Assembly (NCBI GenBank): GCA_905210485.1
Contig: CAJLXA010000002.1
Location: 4,168-68,167, forward strand
DNA from: an uncultured Eubacteriales bacterium
Lineage (GTDB): Bacteria > Bacillota > Clostridia > Oscillospirales > CAG-272
Direction of reading: 5' to 3'
Length of the DNA: 64,000 nt
Shown here: in pieces, positions 61,855 through 64,000 of the stretch
Layout: each line of letters begins with the position of its first letter
Position numbering within the stretch: the first letter of the stretch is position 1
Translations under genes and position numbers: made by a program
The notes under the pieces: model-generated
The model's database searches: none
Seen by the model: the letters and a program-made list of their open reading frames with translations, nothing else
What the model was told of the DNA's origin: nothing

Positions 61855-63708
61855 GTGAACTTCATGTATTGCATAAGAAAAATAACAAAAGATCTCTTTT
61901 TTGTAGGAGGAAACGACCGTCGCCCCGGTCTCTTTGAGGGCGTATATGCCGTTCCGGACGGCGTGTCGTATAACTCCTATCTTCTCGTCGACGACGTAAC
62001 GGTTCTGTTCGATACCGTTGACGCCTCTGTCAGCAAACTCTTCTTTGAAAATATCGCGCATGTATTGGACGGACGTCCTCTCGATTACGTCATCGTTCAG
62101 CATATGGAACCGGATCATTCGGCGTCGCTTCACGAACTGCTCCTCCGCTACCCGGACGTGAAGATCATCTGCAATAAGAAAACAGCCGAAATGATGCAGC
62201 AGTTTTTCGGCCGCATTGACAACGACCGGTTTCAGCTTGTGACCGAGGACAGCGCTTTCAAAACCGCCCGTCACGATTATCGCTTCCGTATGGCGCCGAT
62301 GGTACATTGGCCGGAAGTCATGGTCACTTATGACGCCGTTGACCGTATTCTTTTCTCCGCGGACGCATTCGGCTGTTTTGGTGCGCAGAACGGCGCACTG
62401 TTTGCCGATGAAGTGGATTTTATGCGCGACTACCTTGATGAAGCCCGCCGTTACTATACCAATATCGTCGGAAAATACGGAACGCAGGTGCAGGCGCTTC
62501 TCCGGAAAGCGGGTGCGCTCGATATTGCCATGATCTGTCCGCTCCACGGCTTTGTTTTCCGCAAAAACATCCCCGACATTCTCGGATATTATCAAAAATG
62601 GAGCACCTATACGCCCGAAAGTAACGGCGTCATGATCGCATACGCCTCGGTTTACGGCAATACTGCCAATATCGCCGATATTCTTGCCGCGCAACTCTTT
62701 GAAAAAGGCGTAAAAGCCGCGGTCTACGACGTATCGGTGACGCCGGCCCCCGACATCATCGCTGCATCGTTCCGTTACAGTCATCTCGTCTTTTTATCCA
62801 CTACCTATAATGCCGGCATTTTCGTCGCCATGGAAAATCTCCTGCGCGATCTCGCGGCGCATAACATTGCCAATCGTACCGTTGCACTCGTGGAAAACGG
62901 TTCGTGGGCGCCCACCGCGGGGAAACTGATGCGCGACATTCTCACGCCCTGCAAAAACATGCATTTTCTTTCGGACGTACTGACCGTGCGCTCCGCGCTC
63001 CGGGAGGACGGACTTCCCGCCGTCTATGCACTGGCGGATACGATCGCCGCCTCGGTGGGTGCCGCCGGCGAAACTGCATCGCCTGCCCCCGGCGCCATTG
63101 ACAACACCGCTCTTTTCCGCCTTTCTTACGGCCTCTATCTGCTGTCCGCACGCGACGGCGATAAGGACAACGGTTGCATTATCAACACGGCGCAACTTCT
63201 CACCGACGCTCCGAAAAAAATCGCCGTTACAGTCAACAAAAAGAATTATACGCACGATATGATCCTGAAAAGCGGCTTCTTCGCCCTCTCCGTTCTGTCG
63301 GTCGACGCGGATTTTGAAACCGTCCGCCGCTTCGGCTTCGTCAGCGGGCGTGATACCGACAAATTCACGGACGCGGAAAAACAGTCGCGTACAAAAGACG
63401 GCACCGTCTTTCTTACGCACGGCACAAACGCCGTTATCGGTGCGCATGTGACGGATACCGTGGATTGCGGTACGCACACTCTGTTCATCGCCGAATTAAC
63501 GGAGGCATGCGCATTGTCCGATTCCGATTCCGCAACCTACGCCTATTATCAGGAACACATGAAGCCGCGTCCCGCCCCGGCGGAAGAACGTAAAACCGGT
63601 TTTGTCTGCAAGGTCTGCGGTTACGTATATGAGGGGGAAACGCTCCCGCCGGACTTTATCTGTCCGCTCTGCAAACACGGAGCGGAAGAATTTGAGCCGC
63701 TGAAATAA
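61855..63708 (+). CDS. four-domain flavodiiron protein: metallo-beta-lactamase-like diiron, flavodoxin-like, flavin-reductase-like and rubredoxin domains
   Basis: Diiron motif VQHMEPDHSAS, flavodoxin-like IAYASVYGNT, flavin-reductase-like core (SYGLYLLSARDGDKDNGCIINT), C-terminal CKVCG...CPLC. GTG at 61855, or possibly the ATG at 61864. Confidence 0.85.
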   Translation: MNFMYCIRKITKDLFFVGGNDRRPGLFEGVYAVPDGVSYNSYLLVDDVTVLFDTVDASVSKLFFENIAHVLDGRPLDYVIVQHMEPDHSASLHELLLRYPDVKIICNKKTAEMMQQFFGRIDNDRFQLVTEDSAFKTARHDYRFRMAPMVHWPEVMVTYDAVDRILFSADAFGCFGAQNGALFADEVDFMRDYLDEARRYYTNIVGKYGTQVQALLRKAGALDIAMICPLHGFVFRKNIPDILGYYQKWSTYTPESNGVMIAYASVYGNTANIADILAAQLFEKGVKAAVYDVSVTPAPDIIAASFRYSHLVFLSTTYNAGIFVAMENLLRDLAAHNIANRTVALVENGSWAPTAGKLMRDILTPCKNMHFLSDVLTVRSALREDGLPAVYALADTIAASVGAAGETASPAPGAIDNTALFRLSYGLYLLSARDGDKDNGCIINTAQLLTDAPKKIAVTVNKKNYTHDMILKSGFFALSVLSVDADFETVRRFGFVSGRDTDKFTDAEKQSRTKDGTVFLTHGTNAVIGAHVTDTVDCGTHTLFIAELTEACALSDSDSATYAYYQEHMKPRPAPAEERKTGFVCKVCGYVYEGETLPPDFICPLCKHGAEEFEPLK

Positions 63709-63724
63709 CCGCATCCGTATAACG

Positions 63725-63752
63725 AAAAAGCAGAGGTTTCCCTCTGCTTTTT
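63725..63752. terminator. bidirectional intrinsic terminator (flavodiiron gene / aspartokinase)
   Basis: 12-bp perfect stem AAAAAGCAGAGG / CCTCTGCTTTTT with loop TTTC. Confidence 0.85.
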
Positions 63753-63782
63753 CGCTTGTAATGTCATGTATGATTTACATTT

Positions 63783-64000
63783 TCATGTAAAACTGTCGTA
63801 AAGAATCCGGATTACCTTTTCAAAATCACGGTCAGCGACGCCGATCATAATATTGATTTCGTCAGCCCCCTGCTCAATCATACGGATATTGATATTGTTC
63901 TGTCCGAGCGTAGCAAAGATCTTGCCGGAAACGCCGGGATTCAGCGCCATACGGCGTCCCACCACGGCAATCAAGCTGATGTCCTGCGTCACGCGCACGG
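63783..64000 (-). CDS. lysC: aspartate kinase, C-terminal ACT region only; N-terminal part lies outside the window
   Basis: SLIAVVGRRMALNPGVSGKIFATLGQNNINIRMIEQGADEINIMIGV is a typical aspartokinase regulatory C-terminus. The ORF continues past the window end. Confidence 0.75.
   Translation of the reverse strand, partial: VRVTQDISLIAVVGRRMALNPGVSGKIFATLGQNNINIRMIEQGADEINIMIGVADRDFEKVIRILYDSFT

Noticed and set aside
1-64000. A search for CRISPR arrays, tRNA/rRNA genes, IS elements, integrases and prophage modules.
   Set aside because: Reading both strands by eye, I saw no spaced direct-repeat array, no tRNA-like cloverleaf candidates in the intergenic regions, and no transposase, integrase or phage-like ORFs. 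A tRNAscan or Infernal run would be needed to exclude small RNAs formally.

Overview
This is a 64-kb chromosomal window from a fairly GC-rich, spore-forming Firmicute. Gene content suggests Clostridia, possibly Oscillospiraceae/Ruminococcaceae-like, but that assignment is inference only. I found no rRNA, tRNA, CRISPR array, transposase or prophage genes. Layout: (1) 1-10.5 kb holds galE (cut by the window edge), a polar amino-acid ABC importer, a YhfW-like FAD/Rieske oxidoreductase, trxB, cotJABC and a TetR-controlled ABC-2 exporter. (2) 10.6-26.6 kb holds a complete 31-gene S10-spc-alpha ribosomal cluster on the minus strand, driven by a near-consensus promoter and a ~256-nt GC-rich leader. 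(3) 27-38.7 kb holds a membrane protein coupled to polA, a Cys-rich microprotein, a 675-aa lipoprotein, a phosphoesterase-like protein and an N6-MTase-like protein that both have degenerate catalytic motifs, then secG and rnr. (4) 38.8-40.9 kb holds an insulated two-gene IbrA/IbrB-like cassette (PP-loop enzyme plus ParB/Srx-fold protein). (5) 42.2-54.5 kb holds an ABC-transporter-dependent rhamnose polysaccharide locus. It includes a 1145-aa methyltransferase / coiled-coil / GT2 / GT2 fusion protein. (6) 54.7-64 kb holds trpS, PFOR and an O2/NO-detoxification island: trxA-crp-reverse rubrerythrin, divergent from a four-domain flavodiiron protein. The most unusual self-found signal is a ~130-nt element present twice, at 34175-34304 and 61556-61684, both on the minus strand. 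Each copy has a near-consensus promoter, then three tandem GC-rich hairpins, then a conserved 27-nt tail. The first hairpin is conserved. The other two differ in sequence but both keep full pairing. Copy 1 continues into a leader that ends in an intrinsic terminator just before the RBS, which looks like an attenuator or riboswitch-like leader. I could not assign it to any RNA family I know. Several ORF-track starts are alternative-codon over-extensions and were trimmed to ATG/GTG starts with a Shine-Dalgarno. rpmJ, rpmD, galE and the microprotein are absent from the track and were read directly from the sequence.
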